64,000 bases of DNA. It comes from Nitrospirota bacterium. GTDB taxonomy: Bacteria > Nitrospirota > UBA9217. Under the pieces are notes generated by a model that was not told the origin of the DNA, did not search any database, and saw only the letters and a program-made list of their open reading frames with translations. The translations under genes were made by a program, and so were the position numbers. Where the stretch lies: positions 128,001 through 192,000 of the forward strand of contig CAVVUN010000012.1 in NCBI GenBank assembly GCA_963751455.1, written 5' to 3'. This document shows positions 10,929 through 21,291 of this stretch, piece after piece; position 1 is the stretch's first letter, and the number at the start of each line of letters is the position of its first letter.

Positions 10929-12293
10929 TCACCAGCTCCGCTTCCGTTTCGCAACATGTGTCCCGTAATCTGCTGCTTTGCCGCCTTCCTTCCTGGCACG
11001 GCGAGTTTCATCCCGAGAATAGCCGCTTGCATCGCGTGACCGCCTTCCGGAGGTTGAGGCGCCCGGCTTTGAGAAGGAACCCGGTTTAGCCGTCCGTCTG
11101 CCGGCAAAGGCCGCCGGCCTTCCCGCGCTGACACCGGCCTTCACCGGCCGGAGGGCATATTTCGGCTCGAGACCCGGTATCACAAACCGCGGAACGGCCT
11201 GCCCGATGAACCGTTCAATCCTGTTCAGCAAATCGAGCTCCCTGCCCGACACAAACGAGATTGCTATGCCGGACGCGCCCGCCCTGCCGGTCCGGCCGAT
11301 CCGATGGACGTAATCCTCGGCATTTTTCGGCAGATCGTAGTTTATCACATGGCTTATCCCGATAACATCGATGCCCCGCGCAGCGACATCGGTTGCGACC
11401 AGCACCCGCACTCTTCCCTGGCGCATCTTGGTGATTGCCCGGTTTCGCGCGTTCTGGCTCAAATCCCCGTGAAGGGCCTCAACCGTGTGCCCCTGCTCCG
11501 CGAGTTCGCGTGCAAGCTGGTCCGCGTGCCGTTTGGTCCCGGAAAAGACGAGCGCCCGGGTGACAGCCTTGTCCCCGATGATGTGATTGAGCATTCTGCT
11601 CTTGTGCTGCATGTCGTCCGCGACATGGAGGCGCTGGTCGATCTGTTCCAGCGTCGCTTTTTTTCCGGCAATCTCTATTCTGAGCGGTTCCTTCATGAGG
11701 CGCCCGGCGAGCGAGGCCATGGTTTTGTCCCACGTAGCCGTGAACAGGAGCGTCTGGCGCATGGCCGGTGTCGCCGCTGCTATGGATGTGACAGCGTCGC
11801 TGAACCCCATATCAAGCATCCGGTCTGCTTCATCAAGGACCAGAAGTTCGAGGCGGGAAAAATTGATCCGGCCGCGTTCCATGTGGTCGATGAGCCTTCC
11901 CGGCGTCGCGACGATCATGTCCACGGGCTGCGACAGGAGCCGCTGCTGTTCAAAATAAGGCATGCCGCCGAGGATCACGCCGCTCTTGATCCGCATGAAC
12001 TTTCCGTAGACGCGTGTCGCGTCCGTCACCTGGTTCGCCAGTTCGCGGGTCGGGGTAAGCACGAGCACGCGCGGGCCTTTGCCTCGCCCCGTTGACGGCG
12101 TACTCAGGCGCTGCAGTGCAGGCAAAACGAACGCCGCGGTCTTGCCGGTTCCGGTCTGCGCCGATGCGATCAGGTCATGGCCTTCCAGCGCCTTGGGGAT
12201 CGCCTGCTGCTGGATCGGTGTGGGTGCGGTGTAGCCGCACAGATTAATTGCTTTAAGAATGGATGGAACAAGTTGAAAGTGTGAAAATGACAT
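10929..12293 (-). CDS. DEAD-box RNA helicase (RhlE-like)
   Basis: Q motif PTPIQ, AQTGTGKT, PTRELA, DEADRM, HRIGRTGRAG; start MSFSHF at 12293 with RBS AAGGA. Confidence 0.95.
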   Translation of the reverse strand: MSFSHFQLVPSILKAINLCGYTAPTPIQQQAIPKALEGHDLIASAQTGTGKTAAFVLPALQRLSTPSTGRGKGPRVLVLTPTRELANQVTDATRVYGKFMRIKSGVILGGMPYFEQQRLLSQPVDMIVATPGRLIDHMERGRINFSRLELLVLDEADRMLDMGFSDAVTSIAAATPAMRQTLLFTATWDKTMASLAGRLMKEPLRIEIAGKKATLEQIDQRLHVADDMQHKSRMLNHIIGDKAVTRALVFSGTKRHADQLARELAEQGHTVEALHGDLSQNARNRAITKMRQGRVRVLVATDVAARGIDVIGISHVINYDLPKNAEDYVHRIGRTGRAGASGIAISFVSGRELDLLNRIERFIGQAVPRFVIPGLEPKYALRPVKAGVSAGRPAAFAGRRTAKPGSFSKPGASTSGRRSRDASGYSRDETRRARKEGGKAADYGTHVAKRKRSW

Positions 12294-12617
12294 GTATTCC
12301 TTTCGTCGTAATACAGCACTGTTATTGCAGGGTTTTCTCGCGGGAAAATAGCATCCGTGAGCCAGTGGCAAAGGGTTGGCGTGCGGGCCGCAGGGACACA
12401 CCTGTATCCCTGAACATGGACGGCAACAGCACAGAACGGCACTCGGCGCCCGCCTGAACGGGGTCCTGAAGTGCTCGACCGGCAAACACATCGTTCGCCA
12501 ACCATGGATGCCTGCGCTATTTCAAAAAGGGAACTGAAAGCAAGGAGGGTGGAGATCGATGAAATTCGATGGCGGTATTTGATCCGAATTCCCGCCGTTA
12601 TATTGAACAGTCGACCC

Positions 12618-12645
12618 ATTATACAGATTCAAGGATAAATAGCAA
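12618..12645 (-). promoter_or_regulatory. putative sigma70 promoter giving a ~320-nt helicase leader
   Basis: Minus strand TTGCTA-16 bp-TATAAT. Confidence 0.55.
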
Positions 12646-12829
12646 GGTTTTTTTACAACATGCAATTCAGCCTGTTTATGAGCATCCTGGATATGGCTGA
12701 AGCGTACGAATACTTTTGTCCGGTCTTGATTTTTTTACCACAGACATTTGCCTGAACAATGCTGATATATTCATAGCAGGGATCACAATCTGCCCTGTTG
12801 TTTACAGCGCGGATCTGAAATGAACAGGC

Positions 12830-14341
12830 GTGGCGACAGCCTATTTCAACCACAGGAGGAAAGTGTTGAACTGGGGACTCACTATAACCGAGAGCCTGAT
12901 CTCAGAAGTCATACCCGAAGAGTATGCCGGATACCGCGCTCCAATACGGGAATCCCTGATCTTCTTTCTTGAGGGACTTTCCGCGGCTCGCCAGGCGGAG
13001 ATCCTCGAAAGCCAGATTTCTCTCCCGGCCGCCGCTATTGCCCCTGAAAGAATCTCCCTGCTGGCCAAAAGCTGCCCGTCATTGCACAAACTGGGACAAT
13101 CGCTGGCAAGAGACGACCGCCTTTCGCCCGAATTGAGAAAACACTTGCAGCGGCTTGAGTCGCTTCCTCCTTCTCTTCCTTTGGAGGCCGTTCAAGACAT
13201 AGTGACGCGGGAACTCGGCCCTCCCGACAGTCTCGGCATCGAGATATTGCCCGCCATAGCCGAGGCCAGCGTCGCAATCGTTGTTCCGTTCACGGTCAAT
13301 CGAGTTCAGAAGGAAAGCGGCCGGGAAGGGGTTTTGAAGCTGCTGAAGCCGGAGATCAAGGAACGCCTTGAAGAAGAATTGGAAATGTTGGAGCGAACAG
13401 GCTCGTATCTGGATCAGAAGATCGGAGAGTTTCAAATTCCGCGAATAAATTACCGGGAAACTTTTGAACATGTCCGCACCAAACTCCTCTGCGAAGTCCG
13501 CCTCGAGCTCGAGCAGCAAAACCTTACGCGCGCTCGTGCTATCTACTCTGACGAACCCAAGGTCCTGGTCCCTGCCCTTTTCCGGGAATATTGCACTCCG
13601 CGGGTTACAGCCATGGAAAGGGTCAGAGGCAAAAAGATCACCGAGCCGGATATTTCACAAAAATGGGGAAAAAGGCGCCTGGCCGAACTTATAATAAGCG
13701 AGCTGATCATACGCCCGATCTTTTCGAATGAAAGCACCGACCTGTTCCACGGCGATCCCCACCCGGGAAATCTTTTCCTGAGCGAGGATGACCGGCTGGC
13801 AATTCTGGACTGGAGCCTCACTGGCTCGCTCAGCGAACAGGAGCACGTCGCGTTTACGGCAATCATCCTGGGTGCTCTGACGCTTCGCCCCGGACGGATC
13901 GAAGCCGCTCTCGAGGAATTGTCCGATAACCGGAATTTCGACCGTCAGGCCCTCGGACGGGTTGTCGGCTCCTCCATCAGGGAAATCAGAAAAGGCAGGG
14001 TCCCGGGATTGAACTGGATGACCTCCATGCTTGATGAGGCGGTAAAGACTTCCGGGCTTCGCTTCGGACCGGATCTGCTTTTGTTCCGGCGGGTAATCCA
14101 TGTTCTGAACGGGATTATAGCGGACATCGGCGGAGAGCCCGGCATGGTTGATGAGGTGCTGATCCGGAAATTCATCGGATCCTTCATGCTCGAATGGCCG
14201 TTCCGCTGGCTGGCCGCGCCGGATTCACGCGAATTTGCGACCCGCCTTTCAAATGCGGATATAACAGAATTGATGCTCAGCCTGCCCTGGACCACTGCAC
14301 GGTTCTGGCTCGGGCGGGACATTGAGCCATCACGCAGTTGA
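12830..14341 (+). CDS. ABC1/AarF/UbiB family atypical kinase
   Basis: KLGQ, AEASVA, FHGDPHPGN, LDW. Confidence 0.85.
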   Translation: MATAYFNHRRKVLNWGLTITESLISEVIPEEYAGYRAPIRESLIFFLEGLSAARQAEILESQISLPAAAIAPERISLLAKSCPSLHKLGQSLARDDRLSPELRKHLQRLESLPPSLPLEAVQDIVTRELGPPDSLGIEILPAIAEASVAIVVPFTVNRVQKESGREGVLKLLKPEIKERLEEELEMLERTGSYLDQKIGEFQIPRINYRETFEHVRTKLLCEVRLELEQQNLTRARAIYSDEPKVLVPALFREYCTPRVTAMERVRGKKITEPDISQKWGKRRLAELIISELIIRPIFSNESTDLFHGDPHPGNLFLSEDDRLAILDWSLTGSLSEQEHVAFTAIILGALTLRPGRIEAALEELSDNRNFDRQALGRVVGSSIREIRKGRVPGLNWMTSMLDEAVKTSGLRFGPDLLLFRRVIHVLNGIIADIGGEPGMVDEVLIRKFIGSFMLEWPFRWLAAPDSREFATRLSNADITELMLSLPWTTARFWLGRDIEPSRS

Positions 14342-14455
14342 AATCGCAACTGCTCGCGCAAAGCCGCAAATTGTTGAGTTTAAAATAATTCACCGATTTT
14401 TGACGCGGCCTTTTTAATTTTTCTCTGGTTCAATGGCAAAAATCTAAAAGTTTTT

Positions 14456-14531
14456 GCCACGGATTAATACGGATTGGCACAGATTAGAGAAGAACAATAC
14501 CTTTGATTTCATCCGTGTTCATCCGTGGTTA
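14456..14531. repeat. CACGGAT-unit hairpin repeat
   Basis: GCCACGGATTAATACGGATT...ATCCGTGTTCATCCGTGGT. Confidence 0.7.
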
Positions 14532-14545
14532 CAAGGAATCTTTCT

Positions 14546-15373
14546 ATGCGATTAACCCTGAAGTCGACCGTAAAATTGAACAACGGCAGCTTCATGCCCT
14601 TGCTCGGTCTGGGTGTTTACCTTCTGCCTCCCGGTGAAGAAACGTATCATGCTGTAAAAACGGCTCTCGAAACCGGTTACCGTCTTGTGGATACCGCTGC
14701 TTTGTACGGAAATGAAGAGGACGTGGGGAGGGCGGTACGCGACGGCAACATCCGGAGGGAAGAGGTCTTTATCACCACCAAGCTCTGGAACGGCGACCAG
14801 GGCTATGAGTCCGCGATGCAGGCCTTCGAGGCTTCGCTCGACCGCCTGGGACTGGGCTATATCGATCTCTACCTGATCCATTTTCCGGTGCCTGACCTGC
14901 GTCGGGAAAGCTGGCGCGCACTCGGGAAGCTCCTGGAAAGCGGCAGGGTCCGTGCAATAGGGGTGAGCAACTACACTGTGCGCCATTTGAAAGAGCTTCT
15001 TGGTCAATCGGCCGTCGTGCCTGCCGTCAACCAGGTCGAATTCAGCCCCTTTCTTTATCAGCGTGAGCTGCTTGAGTTCTGCCGAAAGAGCCGTATCCAG
15101 CTCGAAGCGTACGCTCCTCTGACCGCGGGCGAACGCCTCCAGGATTCGCGTATTACAGCGATTGCAAAGAAGCATGGCCGCACCAACGCTCAAGTGCTGC
15201 TTCGCTGGGCAATCCAGCACGAGGTCGTCGCCATTCCCAAGTCGGCTCATGCCGGGAGGATCGCCGAGAATGCCCGGATCTTCGATTTCGAACTTACGAA
15301 CGAGGAGATCGTTGAGCTCGACAGCCTCGACGATGGGTTTCGCAGTTCCTGGGACCCGACGACGGCGCCGTAG
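14546..15373 (+). CDS. aldo/keto reductase
   Basis: DTAALYGNE, ITTKLW, DLYLIH, IGVSNY, IPKS. Confidence 0.95.
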   Translation: MRLTLKSTVKLNNGSFMPLLGLGVYLLPPGEETYHAVKTALETGYRLVDTAALYGNEEDVGRAVRDGNIRREEVFITTKLWNGDQGYESAMQAFEASLDRLGLGYIDLYLIHFPVPDLRRESWRALGKLLESGRVRAIGVSNYTVRHLKELLGQSAVVPAVNQVEFSPFLYQRELLEFCRKSRIQLEAYAPLTAGERLQDSRITAIAKKHGRTNAQVLLRWAIQHEVVAIPKSAHAGRIAENARIFDFELTNEEIVELDSLDDGFRSSWDPTTAP

Positions 15374-15422
15374 AAGCTGTCAATAAGGGTATTGCCATTT
15401 TTGGGAAAGAAAGGAAAAAACC

Positions 15423-15914
15423 ATGAACATCGAGATCTCCGACAACGAATACCGAGACCTCCTGGACATCCTGCACATTGCCGACGTGGTCATGTCCGGA
15501 CACCGGAAAGGACAGCACAAGCGGACCGAGCGGCACCGCGCACTCATCCAGAAGTTCTATTCCCTCGCAGCGGGAAGGGGTCTTGATTGGCTGATCAGCT
15601 ATAACGAGAATCTGAATAAATATATCTCTACCGCTGAATTCGAGGAAAGCAGCCCAGCGCATGCGATGATCGATGAGTTCGGGGACCACGTCTTCTGGGA
15701 TGAACTGATCTCCCGGTTATCCACGCGGGACGCGGCGCAGACTGTTGGCGGAATCGAGCGCTTCAATGCAATGACAGACAGCGAGCGTCAGCACCTTGAA
15801 GGACCCATCCGCCAGCGATATCTCGAGGAATTCGCAGCAAGTGGTGTAGCCAACCTGGCGGTCATCGAAGGCTTCAGCGCCGGCGCAGGACTACCGGTCA
15901 AGACGTCGGATTAA
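15423..15914 (+). CDS. hypothetical protein
   Basis: 163-aa ORF with RBS AAGGA. Confidence 0.7.
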   Translation: MNIEISDNEYRDLLDILHIADVVMSGHRKGQHKRTERHRALIQKFYSLAAGRGLDWLISYNENLNKYISTAEFEESSPAHAMIDEFGDHVFWDELISRLSTRDAAQTVGGIERFNAMTDSERQHLEGPIRQRYLEEFAASGVANLAVIEGFSAGAGLPVKTSD

Positions 15915-15932
15915 TCTCGTCGAGCGGCTTTT

Positions 15933-18460
15933 TTACCTTTTTGCCAGCAATTTACTGAGCTCGTCGGCGGGCAATGCCTTGCTGAAGAAATATCCCTGCG
16001 CTTCATCGCACTCCGCGGCCACCAGGAATGCCAGCTGCTCCTCTGTTTCCACTCCCTCCGCAATCACCTTCATCCGGAGTTTGTGAGCCATGGCCGTTAC
16101 CGCGCTGATAATCGCCCTGTCGTCCGGCTCCGTTGCAATATCCCGGATAAACGTCTGGTCGATCTTGAGTTTTTGGATGGACAGCCGTTTAAGGTAATTC
16201 AATGACGAGTATCCTGTCCCGAAATCGTCGATGGAAGTATGAACGCCCATGTCCGCAAACTCGTTCAGACGTTTCATGGTGCGCTCTATGTTGCTCATCG
16301 CGAGGCTTTCGGTGATCTCTACATCTAGGTATCGCGGGGAGGCGCCGGCCTCCTGCAATGTTCGCGCTACTTTCGTCACCAGTTCCGGGTCATCAAACTC
16401 TCGTGCGGAGAGATTGACCGTAATACACACAGGGGTCAGGCCGGCGTCCTGCCACGCCCGTATCTGGGCACAGGCGCTTTTGAGAACGTATTCGTCAATC
16501 GAGGTGATGAATCCGGAGTCTTCAGCGGCATGGATAAACTGCATAGGCAGAAGGAGTCCCATTTCCGGGTGCCTCCAGCGCACAAGGGCCTCTGCGCACA
16601 CGATCTGCCGCGTTCGAATCTCGACTTGCGGCTGATAGTACACGACAAGCTCTTCCCGGTCGATTGCCTGCCGGAGCATGCTTTCCAGTCTTACCGTTTC
16701 AACCGAGCGCATATTGATTTCCGAATTAAAGAACTGAAAGTTGTTCCTGCCGAGCATTTTTGCATGGTACATTGCGATATCGGCGTACCGGTAGAGCGTG
16801 TCCATCTCGGTGCTGTCGTCGGGGTAGATGCTGATTCCGATACTGGCCGTGCTGAGCAGCTCCAGGCCCGCGACCCGGACGGGTTTTCGCAGCGATTCGA
16901 TGATTTTTTGGCCGATGATCGTTACATCCTCAGCTCGGGGGATATCCGTGAGCAGGATGTTGAATTCGTCCCCGCCAATGCGGGCCGCGCCATCCGACTC
17001 TCTGATTGCGGCTTTCAGCCGTTTGGAAACCTCTTTGAGCAGTTCGTCGCCGGCGTCATGGCCGAAGGTGTCGTTGATTTCCTTGAACCGGTCGAGATCA
17101 AGAAAGAAAAGCGCAAGCTTGTTCCGCATCCGGCGCGCCTGCGCGAGCTCAAGTCGCATCATGTTATTGAAAAGCAGCCTGTTCGGCAGGCCGGTGAGGG
17201 CATCGTGATGGGCCAGATGAATAATGTCCTCTTCCAGCTTTTTTCGTCCGGTGATATCGACATTCGTGCCGATCATGCGGGCGGGCGTGCCGTCTCCCAG
17301 GTAGGTGAACCGGGCATTGCCTTTCATCCAGCGGGTCTCTCCGTCAGCGCGGATGCAGCGATATTCGAACTCGGCCTGCGTGCGGCGCTCCTGCATCCAT
17401 TTTTGAAATTGGGCTTCCAGTTTGGGGAGGTCGTCGCGATGAACGCGCCGTGCCCAGTCTGCATAATCTCCCTGGTAACTGCCGTGAGGAAGTCCGAATA
17501 ATTCTTCCATCTGCTCGGTCCAGACCGCCCTGCGGTTGATCAGATCCACGTCGAATACACCCACACCCCCCGCACTCTCGGCCAGAGCGAGGCGCTCTTC
17601 GCTTTCCCGCAGGTTTTTTTCCGTCTGTTTCCGCTCCTCTATTTCAATCTTGAGCTGTTCATTGGCCCGAATGAGATCAGAGGTCCGTTCCCTGACCACG
17701 TTTTCGAGATGGTCCTGATGCGCTCTGAGCTCGGCTTCTGCCTGCAACTTCGCTTCAATTTCGGATAAGAGCTTTGCCCTTGCGTTCTGCAGAACTTCTA
17801 TCATCTCCCTGTTCTCGAACCTCAGCAGCAGCGAAGTCCTGTGGACCAGGTGGTGGCGCCTGGATATCCTCCAGAGAAAAACGCCGTAAAATGAGAGCAT
17901 CCCTCCCATTGCGTAATGAAAAACGTCCCCTATAAGAAAAAACCGGATGGCGAGCGGCGCCAGGGCCGGAACGCTGAAGGCGAGATACCCCTCTTTCATC
18001 ACGGAAAAGGTTGCGGCCGCTCCAGCAGCCATGCCGCCCAGCACAAACGCGATAAAGACCTGATGCGTGAGAGAGAGCCCTGAAAAAGGAAAGACGCCGA
18101 TGCTCCCCCACACCACACCGGTGAGAAACAACCCGGCGATGAAGCGATTTCCCCATATGCGCGCGGCAGCCGGCCCGGCGCCGACTCGGCGGTAGCGCAG
18201 CACGAGTCCTATTCTCACAAGTGTAACCGTTAACAATGCCAGAAGCCATGCGGTCAAAATTCCGCGCGGCATCGCATTGCTCGTGAGGAAGTAGACGATC
18301 AGAGAATTGATGATGGTCGCTATGAATCCGAAAGGCGAAAGGCCGTAGATCTGCCGTACCTGTTCCGCTAGGATCTCTTCTTCCTGAACATCCCGATTCT
18401 GAACGGGTATCTCTCCGGCGATTTGACGGCGATCCATTGTATCCTCTGGTACATTCGACA
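15933..18460 (-). CDS. membrane-anchored PAS-GGDEF-EAL c-di-GMP enzyme
   Basis: N-terminal TM helices, PAS/PAC, RIGGDEF, EALVRW, DDFGTGYSS. Confidence 0.95.
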
Positions 18461-18741
18461 TGCGAACAGCTTTTCTCTTCTCATTACATTTTATCAGCGC
18501 TGCTTCCAATAGTCACCTTTCTCGCCGGCATAAGGCTTTCGGTTGCGAAACAAGCATCGGCTGGCGCTATTCAATCAGCCTTTTGCTTTAGGATTGCGGA
18601 CCTCCGTATCGACTGATAATTTTTTTGTGGCATAATAATTATAAAGATCATCCGTGGAAATAGGATAATTGTATCGAAAAGAACTGACGTTGTCCTTGTC
18701 TCTCGGAATAACTCTAAGGGGGTTGATCTAATGGGGGCATT

Positions 18742-20070
18742 ATGCGAATGAAAAATATCATCGAAAAGGGCTGCATCCCGGCGATCATATGCGGCCTGAC
18801 AATCATCGCCGGCGCCGCTTACGGCTCCGGATTCACCCTTATGGAGCAGAGCGTCAAAGGCTTGGGGAATGCCTATGCGGGCGGAGCTGCAGCTTCTGAA
18901 GATGCCTCCACCATCTTCTACAATCCTGCAGGTCTTACCCGCCTCCCCGGCTCTGAGTTCATCGGCGGCATCCATGCCCTCATCCCTTACGCAAAGTTCA
19001 GGAACGAAGGCTCCGTCCATGCATCGGGTCTGCCGTTGACCGGGGCCGATGGAGGCAATGCCGGCATTACTGCATTGGTGCCTAATCTCTACTACAGCAA
19101 CCGGGTAAACGATCGGTTGAGTGCGGGGCTCGGTGTCTTCGTTCCTTTTGGATTGAACACAGAGTACGATTCCTCCTGGGTAGGCCGTTACCATGCTGTG
19201 AAGTCGGACTTGAAGACAGTGAACATCAATCCGGCTGCAGGCTACCGGCTGACAGAAAAGCTCAGCGTCGGCGCCGGTCTGGACCTCCAGTATGTCAAAG
19301 CAGAGTTGAGCAATGCAATCGACTTCGGCACGATCTTCGGCTCGCTCGGAGTGCCGGGCATGGCTCCGCAGGGAAATGACGGCTTTGTCAAACTGAAGGC
19401 AGACAGCTGGTCGTGGGGATACAATGTGGGAGTTCTTTATGAATTTACAGAAGATACACGGACCGGCATCGCATACCGTTCGCGCATCAAACAGAAACTG
19501 GACGGCGATGCGGACTTTTCAGGAGTGCCCTCTCCCAATCCCACAGGTCGGTTTCTGGATACAGGAATAAAAGCCGATGAAACCCTGCCCGACTCTCTCT
19601 CACTCAGCCATTGGCATAACTTCACAAAAGAGTTTGCCGCCATGGCCGATATCACCTGGACCAACTGGAGTACGTTCGACGAGCTGCGGATCAGGTTCGA
19701 CAATCCGCTCGAGAGCGATGCGGTCACAACCTCTCAGTGGAAAGACAGCTTCCGCTACGCCATAGGCGCAGTTTACATGCCCGGGCGCTGGACCTTCCGC
19801 GCGGGTGCGGCGTATGACAAGACTCCGGTGCCCGACGCCGCGCACCGCACGCCACGCATCCCCGACGGCGACCGCACCTGGCTGGCCTTCGGTCTCGGTT
19901 ACAAACTCACGGAAAAAGCGTCCCTGGATATGGGCTACGCCCACCTCTTCGTTAAGGATTCTGAGATAAGGAAAACGCCTGCAGGCGAGGATCAGCTGCG
20001 CGGCGGCCTTTCCGGTTCATATGAAAGTAAAGCGGACATTATCAGCGGTCAGGTGTCCTGGGTTTTTTAA
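18742..20070 (+). CDS. fadL: FadL/OmpP1 long-chain fatty-acid outer-membrane transporter
   Basis: GNAYAG...DASTIFYNPAG, RTPRIPD, C-terminal Phe. Confidence 0.9.
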   Translation: MRMKNIIEKGCIPAIICGLTIIAGAAYGSGFTLMEQSVKGLGNAYAGGAAASEDASTIFYNPAGLTRLPGSEFIGGIHALIPYAKFRNEGSVHASGLPLTGADGGNAGITALVPNLYYSNRVNDRLSAGLGVFVPFGLNTEYDSSWVGRYHAVKSDLKTVNINPAAGYRLTEKLSVGAGLDLQYVKAELSNAIDFGTIFGSLGVPGMAPQGNDGFVKLKADSWSWGYNVGVLYEFTEDTRTGIAYRSRIKQKLDGDADFSGVPSPNPTGRFLDTGIKADETLPDSLSLSHWHNFTKEFAAMADITWTNWSTFDELRIRFDNPLESDAVTTSQWKDSFRYAIGAVYMPGRWTFRAGAAYDKTPVPDAAHRTPRIPDGDRTWLAFGLGYKLTEKASLDMGYAHLFVKDSEIRKTPAGEDQLRGGLSGSYESKADIISGQVSWVF

Positions 20071-20093
20071 AGGAAGAGCATGATGGTTTCAGG

Positions 20094-20858
20094 CTATTTC
20101 GGGGCAACGCCGAAGACTGTATGGAGCAGGTCGCCGACTGAGTATGCCAGTCCGGCGGCAATTGCTCCAATCGCAAGAGTCTGAACCGCAGATCGAAGGG
20201 GCGCCTGTTCCAGAACATATCCTTTCCCTGCGCCCAGCAACATGAATGCAAGCGCGGCGAGCAGGCAGCTCCCGAGGAAGAGGCTGTCCGGAGGGAACAC
20301 GGGAATTAAAAAGGGGAACAGCGGAATAAAACCGAAAAAAACGAATGAAAAAAAAGTGGCGGCTGCGGAGCGCAGCGGCCTGGCAACTGCCTTAGGCATC
20401 TTCAGTTCGTCGACAAGCATGGTATCCACCCAAACCTCCCGGTTCTTCATGATGACTTCCACAATGTGGCTCAGGGTCGCGCCCCGAAAGCCCTTGCGCG
20501 AAAAAATTTCCCGCAACTCCTGCTCTTCTCCCTTCGGATACTGTTCGATCTGCCAGTGCTCGTCCTGTCTGGCCCGCTCCACCTCTTCGTGTCTGCTGCG
20601 CGTGCCGAGATAATTGCTGACCGCCATGCTGAAGCCGTCTGCAATCAAATTGGCAAAGCCGAGTACGATGATCACTTCTACGGATAGCCGGCCGCCCGTG
20701 GTGCCCGCTACAACGGCAAAAGTGGTAACGATTCCGTCCACGCCCCCGAGGACAGCGTCTCCAAGACCGCTCTCTCCGTGTGTTGCCGCAACCCGCTTCC
20801 GGACTGCGTCTGGATGATGTTCGTCCTGCAGATTGCGTTTTTTCCAACGCCGCAGCAT
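20094..20858 (-). CDS. VIT1/CCC1 family Fe/Mn transporter
   Basis: DGIVTTFAVV, ANLIADGFSMA. Confidence 0.9.
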   Translation of the reverse strand: MLRRWKKRNLQDEHHPDAVRKRVAATHGESGLGDAVLGGVDGIVTTFAVVAGTTGGRLSVEVIIVLGFANLIADGFSMAVSNYLGTRSRHEEVERARQDEHWQIEQYPKGEEQELREIFSRKGFRGATLSHIVEVIMKNREVWVDTMLVDELKMPKAVARPLRSAAATFFSFVFFGFIPLFPFLIPVFPPDSLFLGSCLLAALAFMLLGAGKGYVLEQAPLRSAVQTLAIGAIAAGLAYSVGDLLHTVFGVAPK

Positions 20859-20889
20859 GCAACTCTCCCTGAAGGTCGCGTCGCTTTAG

Positions 20890-21081
20890 CTATTTGACGG
20901 CGACCAGGGAAATATTCAATTTCTGTTCGACCTGCTTTATCCGGCTGAGCTCTTCATCTTTCAAGGGAACAATGTTTATATCCTTGCATGAAAATGCGAT
21001 CAGGGTCTTACCCAGGCTTTTTTCGAGCGACTGTACATCCGCAAGTTTGTCCTTCTCAAGATTGGCCAAAGTGCACAACAT
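20890..21081 (-). CDS. small hypothetical protein (63 aa)
   Basis: MLCTLANLEKDK...; RBS AGGAGG; internal repeat (SLEKSLGKTLIAF / QVEQKLNISLVAV). Confidence 0.7.
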   Translation of the reverse strand: MLCTLANLEKDKLADVQSLEKSLGKTLIAFSCKDINIVPLKDEELSRIKQVEQKLNISLVAVK

Positions 21082-21291
21082 AGCCGCCTCCTGTTCTGTG
21101 TTATTATCTATAAAATCAAGCCTAGTACTCAAACGACCGCGTGTCAAGATCGTGTGATAACAGGTACTTTCGGGCAAATCTATTTCTTAAAAATCCTCTC
21201 ACCCCGGTCTCCTCTTCTTCTTTACTCTCCCCTCATCCCGTGGTACTATGCCACGCTTTTATTGCTTTATCCATTCGACCGAGGGGCATTC

